DNA of 64,000 bases from Octopus vulgaris (lineage: Eukaryota), in the NCBI GenBank assembly GCA_951406725.2, contig OX597829.1, forward strand, positions 23,684,001 through 23,748,000, read 5' to 3'. The translations under genes were made by a program, and so were the position numbers. Within the stretch, counting starts at the first letter, position 1; each line of letters starts with the position of its first letter. The notes beneath the pieces were generated by a model that saw nothing but the letters and a program-made list of their open reading frames with translations, did no database searches and was not told the DNA's origin. Positions 38,011-51,690 of the stretch are shown here, in pieces.

Positions 38011-39190
38011 CAATGCAAACTATATTCTCACGTAGCTGCATTTAATAATCGTTCTAACAAAGACAGGAGTTACAGTTTAGCTGTTCAGCGTGAATTTTTC
38101 TCCTGCCGTGGCAGCTTATTAACTAGAGTCTATATAACAAAGTATTTTGTAATAACTACAGAATTGCCCTTCCCAGTGTGTAAACTTAGTTTTTTTTTTT
38201 TTTTTTATTCAAGACCAACATTTAAAATATTTTGTGCTGTGAATAAAGTTCTGTTAATTGTTCATGAGTGTTAGGCCTCATTATATGCAGCCAAAACCTG
38301 ACTTAACCACCTGCATTTCATATCTTTCATTCTGTGACCTACGTGATAATATTTAACATCATACTTTCGTGAACCTTCTTTCGAATCTCAAATCACGTGC
38401 TTTATATATCAGATAACGCAGCCCTTGTAGATAGCCTCGAAATTAATCCCAGATGTTCTTGCAACCAGCTTTTCGGTGATGTTGCCACCGTTTCAGACCT
38501 ATTTCTAGTTTTCCAATCACTTCTTTTACTCCCCAACCTTAATCACTAGTGTACTTAATAGATAATAACCACTTCTTATTTGTTCATAACTGACCCCGTT
38601 ATGTTCCTTCTAACTAGATTTGTGCTCTGGTACAGGAAAGCATCCCGAATCTGAATGAAAACGTCACAGTTCTAGTATTTGGAACCTTGCCTAAAAATCT
38701 TATTCTATTATTGTCGGTCACAAAATTGTGAAACTTACTATTATCTAGGTGACTGCTTCGAGGAACAACTTCTGGAAGTTCGGAACCATACCCAAACACT
38801 CCCTCTAGACCTGTAACCCGACATTTCAATCGCCTCTTCCTCTTTAGAGAGTCATCTTATCGCACCCCGAACTTCAGCCGTTAACACAGGGAGAAAAAAA
38901 GATGCCTAGTGTATGCATTTTTTTCTCGTACGTATTAAAGCAGTGGTTCTTGACCCCACCCCACTTTTTTTTGTAGCGCCCCATTTTTAAGGAATTATTA
39001 TGCCTAGTGGCCCCACCCTTTGAGTAATTGTTATGCCTAGCATACACATAGTTATGCCTAGTGAGGTATTTGGACGAAACTAACTTAACATGGATGATGA
39101 TTTATAAATTTTTCTCTCTAAGTGGATTGTATAAGCTCATATTTTCTCTGGTTTAATCGGAAAATCAACTGCAACACACACGCACACACA

Positions 39191-39263
<73 letters not shown>

Positions 39264-39401
39264 ACACAAGCTTGTACCCAAGTGGTCACTCTCAATTTCG
39301 GTCACTTTTGGCTCGTTATTTTTCTCTATTGCACCAAATTTGATGTAGTTTTCAGCGTTAAATTCCTGTAATTTAGATCCATTTTTTTTCTTAAAAAAGT
39401 T

Positions 39402-39560
39402 GGAGTGGCTGTGTGGTAAGTAGCTTGCTAACCAACCACATGGTTCCGGGTTCAGTCCCACTGCGTGGCATCTTGGGCAAGTGTCTTCTGCTATAGTCCC
39501 GGGCCGACCAATGCCTTGTGAGTGGATTTGGTAGACGGAAACTGAAAGAAGCCTGTCGTA

Positions 39561-39617
<57 letters not shown>

Positions 39618-39835
39618 TTGTGTATCTGTGTTTGTCCCCCTAGCATTGCTTGACAACCGATGCTGGTGTGTTTACGTCCCCGTCACTTAGCGGTTCGGCA
39701 AAAGAGACCGATAGAATAAGTACTGGGCTTACAAAGAATAAGTCCCGGGTCGATTTGCTCGACTAAAGGCGGTGCTCCAGCATGGCCGCAGTCAAATGAC
39801 TGAAACAAGTAAAAGAGTAAAGAGTAAAAGAGTAA
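39402..39835 (+). mobile_element. SINE A, near full length
   Basis: Family A match. Confidence 0.9.
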
Positions 39836-40145
39836 ACTAAATTGTCCTTTAAAAATAACAGAGACATTTTGATTTAAAAACAATATCAGTGCTTACCTCC
39901 TTTCCGCTTTGGCCACTTTTTGTTTCATAAGATTTTTTTCCACTGCACCAATTTTGACGAGATATACAAAAATAGATTCCTCTTATTGGAATCTAATAAA
40001 AATAAAAATAATAATACTGAAAAACTAAGAAAACTATACAACTTAGAAGTTGCATCTATGCATTAGTCTACCATTTTTGAACACAAATTTTATTGTAACT
40101 TGTCTTTTCCAAAACAAATTTACTTCTTTAAAATCTCAAAGTATT

Positions 40146-41280
40146 CATCATCATCATCATCATCATTTAACGTCCGCTTTCCATGCTAGCATGGGTTGGA
40201 CGGTTCAACTGGGGTCTGGGGAGCCCGATGGCTGCACCAGGCCAGTCAGATCTGGCAGTGTTTCTACAGCTGGATGCCCTTCCTAACGCCAACCACTCCG
40301 AGAGTGTAGTGGGTGATTTTATGTGCCACTGACACAGGTGCCAGACGAGGCTGGCGAACGGCCACGCTCGGATGGTGTTTTTTATGTGCCACCGACACAG
40401 GTGCCAGACGAGGCTGGCAGACGGCCACGCTCGGATGGTGTTTTTATGTGCCACCGACACAGGTGCCAGATGAGGCTGGCGAACGGCCACGATCGGATGG
40501 TGTTTGTTACGTGCCCACAGCACGGAGGCCAGTCGATGCGGTACTGACTACGGCCACGTTCGGATGGTTTTCTTGTGTGCCACCGGCACCGGTACCACAA
40601 AGATACAAATTCCATTGATGTTCATCTATTTTGATTTGTTTTGATTTTAACTTGCCTCAACAGGTCTTTACAAGTGTCACAAGAAGGGAGGTATGCACAG
40701 GTGGACTGACTACGTCCCAGGTAGGGGCCACGGGTTATGGCCTGACTAGTCTTGCCGGGTCTTCGGATGGTGTTTTTATGTGCCACCGACACAGGTGCCA
40801 GATGAGGCTGGCGAACGGCCACGATCGGATGGTGTTTGTTACGTGCCCACAGCACGGAGACCAGTCGATGCGGTACTGGCTACGGCCACGTTCGGATGGT
40901 TTTCTTGTGTGCCACCGGCACTGGTACCACAAAGATACAAATTCCATTGATGTTCATCTATTTTGATTTGTTTTGATTTTCACTTGCCTCAACAGGTCTT
41001 CACAAGTGTCACAAGAAGGAAGGTATGCACAGGTGGACTGACTACGTCCCAGGTAGGGGCCACGGGTTATGGCCTGACTAGTCTTGCCGGGTCTTCGGAT
41101 GGTGTTTTTATGTGCCACCGACACAGGTGCCAGATGAGGCTGGCGAACGGCCACGATCGGATGGTGTTTGTTATGTGCCCACAGCACGATGGCCAGTCGG
41201 TGCGGTACTGGCTACGACCACGTTCGGATGGTTTTCTTGTGTGCCACCGGCACTGGTACCACAAAGATACAAATTCCATT
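40146..41280 (-). mobile_element. Family D retroposon with ~62-bp subrepeats and a 332-bp tandem repeat (~2.6 copies)
   Basis: (CAT)n tail at 40146; TCGGATGGTGTTTTTATGTGCC at 40431, 40763, 41095. Confidence 0.85.
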
Positions 41281-41631
41281 TGTGAAACGCTAATCCTTTT
41301 CTGTGAACTTTAACCATCTTTAATTTGGTCAAAAATTGAATTAGTTAGAGCGTGGAGAAATGCTCTTGAAAACGTATATGCTGACTTTTAAATGTATCTA
41401 CTATCGTGGATGCATGATAAATTTCAATAAAAAAAAAAAAACGACGCCAGAACATAACGGATTGCCTTCTGGGTATCTTTTTATGGAAACTTCAACCAAA
41501 AAATTGGGTAATCGATTTCATTGAATGTGCGATAAACAAATAAGAAATAAGTGGAAATTTTACAGGTGAGTGTGTTAAATTATAAGGCACAAAAAGAAAA
41601 TGACACTCCCCAGACACAATAAAACAAAGAC

Positions 41632-41683
<52 letters not shown>

Positions 41684-41749
41684 TTTGTAACAATTTTAAA
41701 AAACTTATTGGCACATGATCTTGTGACTTGGTATCTAGCAAACTTCAGT

Positions 41750-43195
41750 ATTTACATTTCAGCTTTTGTATATGGATAAAATCAGACAGTTTATTCTGGA
41801 CCTGAGGATAATTACCATACTTGCTTCATTGAACGATGAAGTTCCTAGAGTGTGAATCGTAAGAATTGACAGAGTAATCTCAGAACTGGAGTGATTGTCG
41901 TTCAGGACTTCAGCGTTTCTCTGCTGTCGGAACTTTTCAGTAGTTCTCTGGATATGCGCTCAATCTTGTTTTATCCTAATGACATTGAAGTCCAGATGAA
42001 GTGCAACAGAAGGCAGAACATGCTGCTACACTATTTGGTTCGATGTTTCCCTGAACACTTAAGTAGTATCCACGGTCAAACAAATATATTCTCGAAGAGG
42101 ATTGGCCCGAGATTGGTTGATTTTATTCAATCTTGCACCAATTACTACATTTAGACTTTTCCTTAGAACTTATCTCTGTCACTTAGACACCGTTTTATAA
42201 TATGACTACCAATCATCCAGGTTACTGCCTAACGCCAGTTCATTCTGGGTTGTACCCACAATAATCTAGCAAACTGATGTCTTTCAATTAGAACTTCAAT
42301 TTATAGGCGCAGTAGTGGCTGTGTAGTAAGAAGGTTGCTTACCAACCACATGGTTCCGGGTTCAATCCCACTGCGTGGCACCTTGGGCATATATGTTTCT
42401 GTGTCTGTTTGTCTCCCCACCCCCAACATCGCTTGACAACCGATGCTGGTGTTTTTTACGTCCCCGTAACATGCTAAGTACTAGGCTTACAAAGAATAAG
42501 TCCTGGGGTCGATTTTGCTCGACTAAAAGGCGGTGCTCTAGCATGCCCTCAGTCAAATGACTGAAACAAGTAAAAGAGTTATAGAGGATGCTTGTTTGCT
42601 CATCCATTCTCATAGAAGCGATACCGGATAGCACTGATGTTCACATATTGTTGAGGATGTCCAAGCAGCCGTACATTTGTTTTAGTACCTGTCTGAAGCC
42701 TGCCCTCTACGTATCATTTCACAATATGGTGATCTTTCACACATTCAATGAAAGTGAATGCCCATTTTTTCCGTTGAAATTTCTATAAAAAGATATCCAG
42801 AACGCAACCCGTTATGTTCTGGCATTTTTATGAAATTTATTATGCATTCACGATAGTGGGTACATGACATTTTAAAAGTCAGCATGTACTAAGGTAATTT
42901 GAGGATCTCCTGCTCGTAGATGGCCAACTCTAGTTCCAGCAACCCGAACACAATCATCAAAGAAGATATGGTGGTAAATGGTAGAAACAGTTACAGTGAA
43001 AGCATTCAGTTTGTCTAACTTTGACCTCCCCAAACGCCATGTAACCAAGGGATATATGAGGCATTTAGTAACTGACCTCCGTAGGCGCCTCAACTTAAAA
43101 ATCAAGAAAAACGCAATCAAAGTTTCGCGACGTTCAGAATGCGATATCTCAACAAGGAATGAAGCTAGGAAGCTGGTTTTGGTCTTACAATGACC
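41750..43195 (+). pseudogene. Very degenerate RLE-type LINE C-terminus, interrupted by SINE A at 42306-42578
   Basis: CFSTCLKPALYVSFHNMVI (zinc-knuckle/RHN-like), QPVMFW (RPD-like), FEDLL, W*MVETVTVKAFSL. Confidence 0.35.
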
Positions 43196-43861
43196 GTGAA
43201 GACCTCCTCTAATCATTCTACCTATGTAAAATTATTTATTTATGTATGTATCTGAAAGATGAAACAATGACTGCGTCTTTCTCATTTTGTAGAATATACC
43301 GGTACTACGAAACGGTGTATCGCATTGCATATTTTAGCCATAATACCTAGAAAAAAACATACAAAGACCCCATAAAGGTATTGTTTGTGTTTTAATATAC
43401 CAAGGTAAGTAAGACAAGATAGTAAGATAATTACCCATTATCGTTAAGATTGTAACGAGGAATATTAGAAAATTAGCCAAAACACCTCGGAAAACGATAC
43501 AGGGACCACATCAAAGTTACAGATTGAGCATGTGTGCTTATGATGGCGTGTTACTAAATTATCTGGTCCGAGATTGTGTGAGCGAGCGTCGTGTCAATTG
43601 CTGGTGTGCGTTTACGTCCCCGTAACTTAGCGGTTCGGCAAAAGAGACCGGTAGAATAAGTACTAGGCTTATAAAGAATAAGTCAAGAGGTCGATTTGCT
43701 CGACTAAAGGCGGTGCTCCAGCATGGCCGCAGTCAAATGACTGAAACAAGTAAAACAATAAAACAATAAAAGAGTAAAAGAGTATGTATGTATGTATGTA
43801 TGTATGTATGTATGTATGTATGTATGTATGTATGTGTGTGTATATATATATATATATATAT

Positions 43862-44082
43862 ACCGGAGTAAACATATAAATGTGAAACAAGGTGGAAAAA
43901 GAGTACTCAAATACCAGTGGTAGAGTAATATGCTTTATTTAAAGCAGCAGAAAATTCAACAAAACCTGTTACTCTGAGTTTCACGTTCCCGTTCGTCGGA
44001 CAGTAGCAAAAACAGTCCGACGAACGGGAACGTGAAACTCAGAGTAACAGGTTTTGTTGAATTTTCTGCTGCTTTAAATAAA

Positions 44083-44083
<1 letters not shown>
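43862..44083 (-). mobile_element. TA-embedded fold-back element (family P2): perfect 69-bp inverted arms, 13-nt spacer
   Basis: Arms 43933-44001 and 44015-44083; (TA)n on both sides. Confidence 0.85.
43966..44003 (-). ncRNA. Minimal type I hammerhead ribozyme motif (U4>C)
   Basis: CTGT-CCGACGA-ACG(GGAA)CGT-GAAA-CTC(A)GAG-TA-ACAG; all three stems pair; mirror copy on + at 44013-44050. Confidence 0.7.
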
Positions 44084-44148
<65 letters not shown>

Positions 44149-44263
44149 TTATAATCAAGGACAAAATCTAAAAGGTCATTTTATCAAGTTGCTTGTATGT
44201 AAAAGACCATTTAGGTAAAAAAAAAATCAATAAAAAGTATTTAATTTTATAAACGTAGTTATA

Positions 44264-44401
44264 AGGGCAACTATTGGGTAGCGCCACATGCTACAAGACA
44301 CCAAATGGTTGTAAAACTATCTTATTTATCATATGATAAATAAGGTAGTTTTAGAGCCATTTGGCGTCTTCATGCACGTAGCACTACTCAGGAGTTGCCC
44401 T
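44264..44401. repeat. Aged spacer-less palindrome (69-bp arms)
   Basis: Centre CAT|ATG at 44332/44333; AGGGCAACT...AGTTGCCCT ends. Confidence 0.85.
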
Positions 44402-44450
44402 AATTATAATTATAATTATATATTATATATTATATAATTATAATTATATA

Positions 44451-44840
44451 GGCGCAGGAGTGGCTGTGTGGTAAGTAGCTTGTTTACCAACCACATGGTT
44501 CCGGGTTCAGTCCCACTGCGTGGCATGTTGGGCAAGTGTCTTCTGCTATAGCCCCGGGCCGACCAAAGCCTTGTGAGTGGATTTGGTAGACGGAAACTGA
44601 AAGAAGCCTGTCGTATATATGTATATATATATATGTGTGTGTGTGTGTGTGGGGGGGGTTATGTGTCTGTGTTTGTCCCCCTAGCATTGCTTGACAACCG
44701 ATGCTGGTGTGTTTACGTCCCCGTCACTTAGCGGTTCGGCAAAAGAGACCGATAGAATAAGAGACCGATTTGATCAACTAAAGGCGGTGCTCCAGCATGG
44801 CCGCAGTCAAATGACTGAAACAAGTAAAAGAGTAAAGAGT
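44451..44840 (+). mobile_element. SINE A with an internal deletion
   Basis: GGCGCAGGAGTGGCTGTGTGG head; family A tail. Confidence 0.9.
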
Positions 44841-45114
44841 ATATATTTATATATTGTGTTCTTGAGTAAGGCACTTTATTGTGACATCACTGGTGCCAAG
44901 CTGTATCGGCCTTTGCCTTTCCCTTGAATAGCATCGGTGGCGTGGAGATGGTGTGGCCTGGAATTGTGCTTCAGAGGGAAAATTCTAGATGCAATCCCAT
45001 GGTCACTTATGAGCAAGGGAGGTCTTTTGCCGAACTGCTAATATTGCGGAGACGTAAACATACTAACACCGGTTGTCAAGCGATGATGGACGGGGGACAA
45101 ACCCAGACACAAAG

Positions 45115-45166
<52 letters not shown>

Positions 45167-45254
45167 GTGGAAGTTTTTCTACTATCGCCTCGGGCCGACA
45201 ATTGCCAGGTGAATGGATTTGGCAGACAGAAAATGTGTGAAAGCAGGTCGTAAA

Positions 45255-45308
<54 letters not shown>

Positions 45309-45612
45309 TGTGTGTGTGCGTGTGCGCGTGCATGTGTGCGTGCGCGCGTGCATGTGTGCGTGTGTTTGTCTTCGATCGCCGCTTGACAACCGGTGTTTGT
45401 TTGTAGACGTTCCCGTAACGTCTTGGTTCGGCAAATGAGACCGGCGGAATAGGTACTACTGGAATCAATTTGTTCAAACCAAACGCTTCAAAGTGATGCC
45501 CCAGTATGGCCTCAGTCCAATAACTGAAACAAAATGAAAAAGGTAAAAGATAAGGAAACAAGAAATTCTATCACAGTTACATCTGAAGTGGTGGAGGTGA
45601 TGGTAATGGTAA

Positions 45613-45835
45613 GCTGGCAGAATCGTTAGCACGCTGGGCGAAATGCGTAGCCGTATTTCGTCTGCCGCTACGTTCTGAGTTCAAATTCCGCCGAGGTCGA
45701 CTTTGCCTTTCATCCTTTCGGGGTCGATTAAATAAGTACCAGTTACGCACTGGGGTCGATGTAATCGACTTAATACCTATGTCTGTCCTTGTTTGTCCCC
45801 TCTGTGTTTAGCCCCTTGTGGGTAATAAAGAAATA
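45613..45835 (+). mobile_element. SINE C monomer with 11-bp TSD
   Basis: GGTAATGGTAA at 45602-45612 and 45836-45846. Confidence 0.88.
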
Positions 45836-46054
45836 GGTAATGGTAATGGTGATGGTGGTGGTAAAGGTGGCCACGATGGTTATGGTTGGTGAATGTGATG
45901 GTGGTTATAGGGTTTGTGGTAGTGGTGGGATGGGGCTGGGCGCGGGAGTGGAGTTGGTGGTGGTAATCATGGTTGTTGTAGTAGTAGTTATGGGTAGGTG
46001 GATAGATTGCGCGCGTGTGTGTTGTGCATACCTATATATATATATGTGTGTGTT

Positions 46055-46105
<51 letters not shown>

Positions 46106-46171
46106 GTGTGTATATCTATACTTATACCAATCTACCTCTCCTTACATCTGTCTCTCTATTTATCTATTTGA

Positions 46172-46241
<70 letters not shown>

Positions 46242-46408
46242 CAATATATATCTATATCTATATCTATCCATAAATATGAATATATATATTATATATATAT
46301 ATATATATATACTACTAATATAGGATGAAGTTTTTTTTCTACAGAAAAAAAATTCCATCAAAAAATGTGGCAGCATATTAAAATACCTTTACGGTTAAAA
46401 TTTGAAAC

Positions 46409-46564
46409 AACTTATAAGTAAGGGCTAAAGAAAATTATTTCAATGTCAATATGCTGATAACAGACTATTAAATCGTCAATTTCCACGTGGAAATTGACGA
46501 TTTAATAGTCTGTTATCAGCATATTGACATTGAAATAATTTTCTTTAGCCCTTACTTATAAGTT
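46409..46564. repeat. Perfect 156-bp palindrome
   Basis: 78-bp arms, no spacer, centre CCAC|GTGG; arms compared base by base. Confidence 0.95.
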
Positions 46565-46626
46565 ATATATATATGATATACATAGAAAATAACGACGGAC
46601 AAATCAATTCCGTTTCTCCCACTCAG

Positions 46627-46758
46627 TCACCTGGGATGGAATCATGGAGTCTAGAATGGCATACTGTACCATGTCCAAAGTTTCCAAGTTCTGCGACTGC
46701 ACGGGAAGATATGACAGATCGATGCACGATGTTCAATACTACTGTTGCTGCTACAGCA
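46627..46758 (+). CDS. Candidate 132-bp symmetric exon encoding a Cys-rich peptide
   Basis: TTCCGTTTCTCCCACTCAG acceptor, GTAAGG donor; phase 1-1 frame TWDGIMESRMAYCTMSKVSKFCDCTGRYDRSMHDVQYYCCCYS; unique, GC-richer island. Confidence 0.5.
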
Positions 46759-46811
46759 GTAAGGTGGGAAACACGCGCCCAGCACTGTAAAGCGCCTCGT
46801 GTTTTGCATAT

Positions 46812-46866
<55 letters not shown>

Positions 46867-46868
46867 GA

Positions 46869-46899
<31 letters not shown>

Positions 46900-47058
46900 G
46901 AGAGAAAGAAAGATAAAAAGAAAGAGGGAGAAAGAGAGGAGTAAACTGGAACCGCTTTGAAAGGAAACTGGTGTCTCAGAAATCTCTCAGCGTGTTTCCA
47001 AGAGGCAACCACCTGAAAGGTATTTAAATATGGTATATTTTGTTGTATATTTATGTGA

Positions 47059-47090
<32 letters not shown>

Positions 47091-47309
47091 ATGTATATAT
47101 GTGTAAGTTTGTATACGTTTACACATCGAAGGAAACAAAATACATCCCTATTCACAGGAATTTGTATTCCTTTTATTTTCCAAAAATCCTTGTTCTTTTT
47201 ATTCCATGTGATGCTTCCATGTGATCTTCATTTTCATTTAAATAATACAGGTTCTTCCTTTTTATTTTTTTCTTGATTGATCCACTTCCCTTTTTGCCTT
47301 ATCCCCCCT

Positions 47310-47770
<461 letters not shown>

Positions 47771-48174
47771 ATCAAACTAGCTAGCTGTCTATATATTTGT
47801 CTGCTTCTCTACATGCTTACTATGTATCTTTCGCTTATCTGTTTATGCTATCTCTTTGTCTTGCTCTATAAACTCTCACTCAACTATTTCTCTTACGCTC
47901 AAATCTCTTATACATATTTTACCTTTACCTTTAGTACACTACCTCGGACTTTCATATCTCCTCCACACACCTTGCAACATTCCTTAACCGCCAATTCTTT
48001 TCTCTCCCTTTCCTTTTTTTAATCCCCAACAATAATTCCCACCGAAGATAAACGGTATAATATACTTTAAAAATAGGTAAAAATCTCAGAGAAATTTAAA
48101 CCACTTTTGTATCCCCGTTCTTGTTTTGTTTCCATCTATTAGAACCCTTAGAATCAGAAAGAACCCTACAACAA

Positions 48175-48244
<70 letters not shown>

Positions 48245-49442
48245 TTTCATTTCATTAACCTCCTGTTGTTTATACGAGGCGTATTTCGCTCCTTACTGAA
48301 CTACTGTTGATGAATTCCCGCCAGTTCTGAAGGAAGGTGATAAAGAAGATGATGATGGTGGTGGTGTTGGTTATACGGTAGTTGTAGTCGTATCAATAGT
48401 GGGACGTACATTTCTTCGATATATATATATATATATATTTTTTTGTACTAATCGTTAATTTCCAACACTATTAAATTGATAGAATCTTTGACATTTTGGT
48501 TTATATTTGATTCTCGAAAAAAAAATTAGATAAATAAACAGGTCCTTACTTTATAATTATCTTAAATAATTTATTTAAATCGTTCAGCTATAAAGGTATT
48601 TTGGAGAGGTAAATTGCAAGCAAAGATAAAACAAAAGTATCTGTCACATGGCTGAGAACTAGGCTAGTTTCTCGCTTGTGTCACATTTTACGATAAGTCT
48701 AACAAGAGGAAAGACCTAAATGAATTGGTTAAACTAAAGCGTTACACCATTCAAAGAATCAAAAAAAAAAAATGCGTGTAATAGGTGTAAAACAACTTCC
48801 TGTGAACGAATATGAAAAAAAAAATGCGCGCACGCGAAAGGGGTGGGTGGGAGAAAGGCCTCGGAAAATTCACATCGGGAATTTCTGAAAGCGTCTGAGG
48901 GGCTGACCCAGGCACCAAAACAACAACAAAAAAAAAAAATAGTGTAATATGTGTAAAACAACTTGCTCTAAACGAATATTACTCAAACGAAAATCGAAAA
49001 CGCACTGAAGAAGCGGAGTTTTCCGGGAGTTTACCAATTCTTGACAAGTGTGTTAGGAAGGAAGCAGGAAAGAGAATAAGTAAACTTGAGTGCAATTTTT
49101 TTTATTTTTTTAAACAATTCATCTAATTTCCCGCACACGATAGAAGCTTCGGTTTCCGATCGAAACCATTGTAATTGAGTCGTCCGTAAACATAAATCCG
49201 AAAAAAGAAGCACGCCGGCCTCATCTACCTTTAATATATATATATATATATAATACATATTATATTATATCATATATTATATTATATATATGTATATATA
49301 TATTATATATGTATATATAACACACGTATGACTGAAGTGGCAATTGGCTGTGAATGATCCGTGTATCTTGTTTTGTCCTGTTTACCTTTGTCGCGCTATC
49401 GCTCTTTTTTCTGCATGTATATTTTTTTCTGTTCTACCTTTG

Positions 49443-49503
<61 letters not shown>

Positions 49504-49685
49504 TGTATGTATGTATGTATGTATGCATCATATATATATTACCTGCCCACCGTCACTAACATCCAAACCAATGCAACCCACATTATCCTCACTATCAACC
49601 GACCAACTTTTTGCATCCAACTGGCTGCAACAGATATCAACATGTACGCCAGCACGTGTGTGTGTGTGCAGGAGTGTGCATGCGC

Positions 49686-49733
<48 letters not shown>

Positions 49734-49949
49734 ATTTATGTCTTAAGTCATAAGAGCGAGGGGCGAATTGCCCGTATGATCTGGTGAACCTTCAGCCAAG
49801 AGTAATCATATTGTACTTTCACTTTCTCAGTCATTCACCTTTTCATCTCATTTTCGTTATTACAGACATAGAAATAGCGCAATTTTCCGCTCTCACAAAT
49901 CAGATCATTCCTGGGCCAATTTTCTTATCTTACATAAGTGTTGCAGTTA

Positions 49950-50195
49950 AGGCGGCGGACTGGGAGAATTATGCACATCGGACAAAATGCTTAGCGGCAT
50001 TTCGTCCGTCTTTATGTTATGAGTTCAAATTCTACCGTGGTCGTCTTTGCCTTTCATCCTTTTGGGGGTCGATAAAATAATTACCAGTTGAGCACTGGGG
50101 TCGCTGTAATCGCCTTACTCTCACCACCACTACCACCACCACCACCACCATCGTTCCACGATATTGCTGGCTTGGGGTAAAATTTGAAATCATTA
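49950..50195 (+). mobile_element. SINE C, old subfamily
   Basis: GAGTTCAAATTC, TTTGCCTTTCATCCTTT, AAAATTTGAAA 3' end. Confidence 0.75.
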
Positions 50196-51289
50196 CATAT
50201 TTGTTGTGGATAATTAATGACCGCTACTGTTGGATTTGCCTTCGATTTAAGATGTCTGGAAATAAATTATCAAGTAGATCTGAAGGCGGCAGCGCAAAAA
50301 GGAACGGTAAAAAGATCACGCGGTATATTAAACTTGAAGTTTTAAAAATACTTGATGCGGAAGTAAAACAAAGTTACACTGCTAAAACATTAAATCTTGC
50401 AACGTCTACAGAATGAAAGAACACGTGGCAACCAGTGAGAAAATTATGTCAAGTGCTCAAGAAGCTACTCCGCTAATTGACCGGATCCATACTTTCCCAT
50501 AGATCTAATATAACGCTTAAAGCGGAACGACATTTGAGTGTATGAATCGAGCATCAGAGAATTGGTGTAATGTGCCGATAAACATAATGGTTTAAAAAAA
50601 AAAGAGCGAAAAGTTTATATGACAATTTGCAGGGAAAGGAAAGTGAAACTTCCAATGAAAAAAATACTTTTTGGCTAGCAAAAGGCTGGTTGGAAAGGTT
50701 TAAGTAGGGAATGAATTTGCACAACATGGAAATGATTGATGGCGCTGCAAGTGCTGATACAGTGACTGCTGCTAATTATCCTGAGTAGTAGAAGAAAATG
50801 ATTGTTGAAGGGGGCTACATACCAGAGCAAGTATATAATGTCGATTAAACGGCACTTTTCTGAAAGCACATGCCTGCTAGGACTTATTTCTCGAGAAGAA
50901 AAAGCAACACCAGGATTCAAAGCTTCTAAATTTCGTCTGAACTTCCTATAGGAAGAAATGCTGTTGGTAATATGAAATTAAAGCCCCTACACATGCATCA
51001 CTCTGAAAATTCAAAGGTTTTTCAATAGTTTACACAATTTCATCTATCTTTGGTGTTCAAATAGGGAGGCGTGGATGGCTAAGAACCTTTTCAAAGATTG
51101 GTACATTGCCAGACACAATACTTCCAACAAAGCATTGCATTTTTTTTTTGGCAATGCACTGAACCACCCAGCGAACTTAGATGACCATTCTGCTAAGGTG
51201 AGAGTAGAATATATCCCCAAGAATGCAACTTCTTTGCTCCAGTCAATGGATCATGGAATGATAGCTAACTTCAAGGTATATTAAAACTT

Positions 51290-51690
51290 AGATAAAACTT
51301 AGATATGTTTCGACCAAAGAGTGGTCCAGGCCAAGTCTAACTTAATAGCACCACCTGATAGTATTATCTAAAGTTTTGTTTATGGTTCATTCAAATAGTG
51401 AGTTCTTGTTGAGTGAGTTGCATCCAGGTATGGGTGGCTTATCTGGTATTACTTGAAGAAATCTGTCCAGACTCCGTTTAAAGGTGATGGGATCATTTTC
51501 CTCTTTAATCAGTTTTGAGGCAATGTTAAACAGGCCAGAGCCTGCTGAAGAAAAGAAATTATGTCGCAGAGTACCTATATGTTGTGATCTTGAATTGGGC
51601 ACGGGACGTATGGCCCGTGGTCCCAGCCTTGGATGAACCTTGAAACTAATGTTCAAGTCATTTGGGCAATGCTGGCGGTATATTCTCCTG
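51290..51690 (-). mobile_element. CR1/L2 LINE 3' fragment
   Basis: HPRLGPRA..TLRHNFFSSAGSGLFN..FKRSLDRFLQVIPDKP, paralogous to the C-terminus of 37158-38018; tail repeat ATCTAAGTTT. Confidence 0.8.

Noticed and set aside
38280-38870. Possible L1/Tx1 endonuclease relic on the minus strand
   Set aside because: Only vague similarity; no unambiguous motif
40313-41280. CRISPR-like or hammerhead-like repeats (CAGATGAGGCTGGCGAAC)
   Set aside because: No unique spacers or cas genes, eukaryotic context; lacks the CUGA and GAAA cores and pairing stems
41525-41565. Short first exon MCDKQIRNKWKFY with CAG|GTGAGT
   Set aside because: Phase 2, incompatible with the phase-1 exon at 46627; no other support
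48600-49234. Kolobok-like terminus (CCTCATCTACCT|TTAA)
   Set aside because: No matching second TIR found in the window
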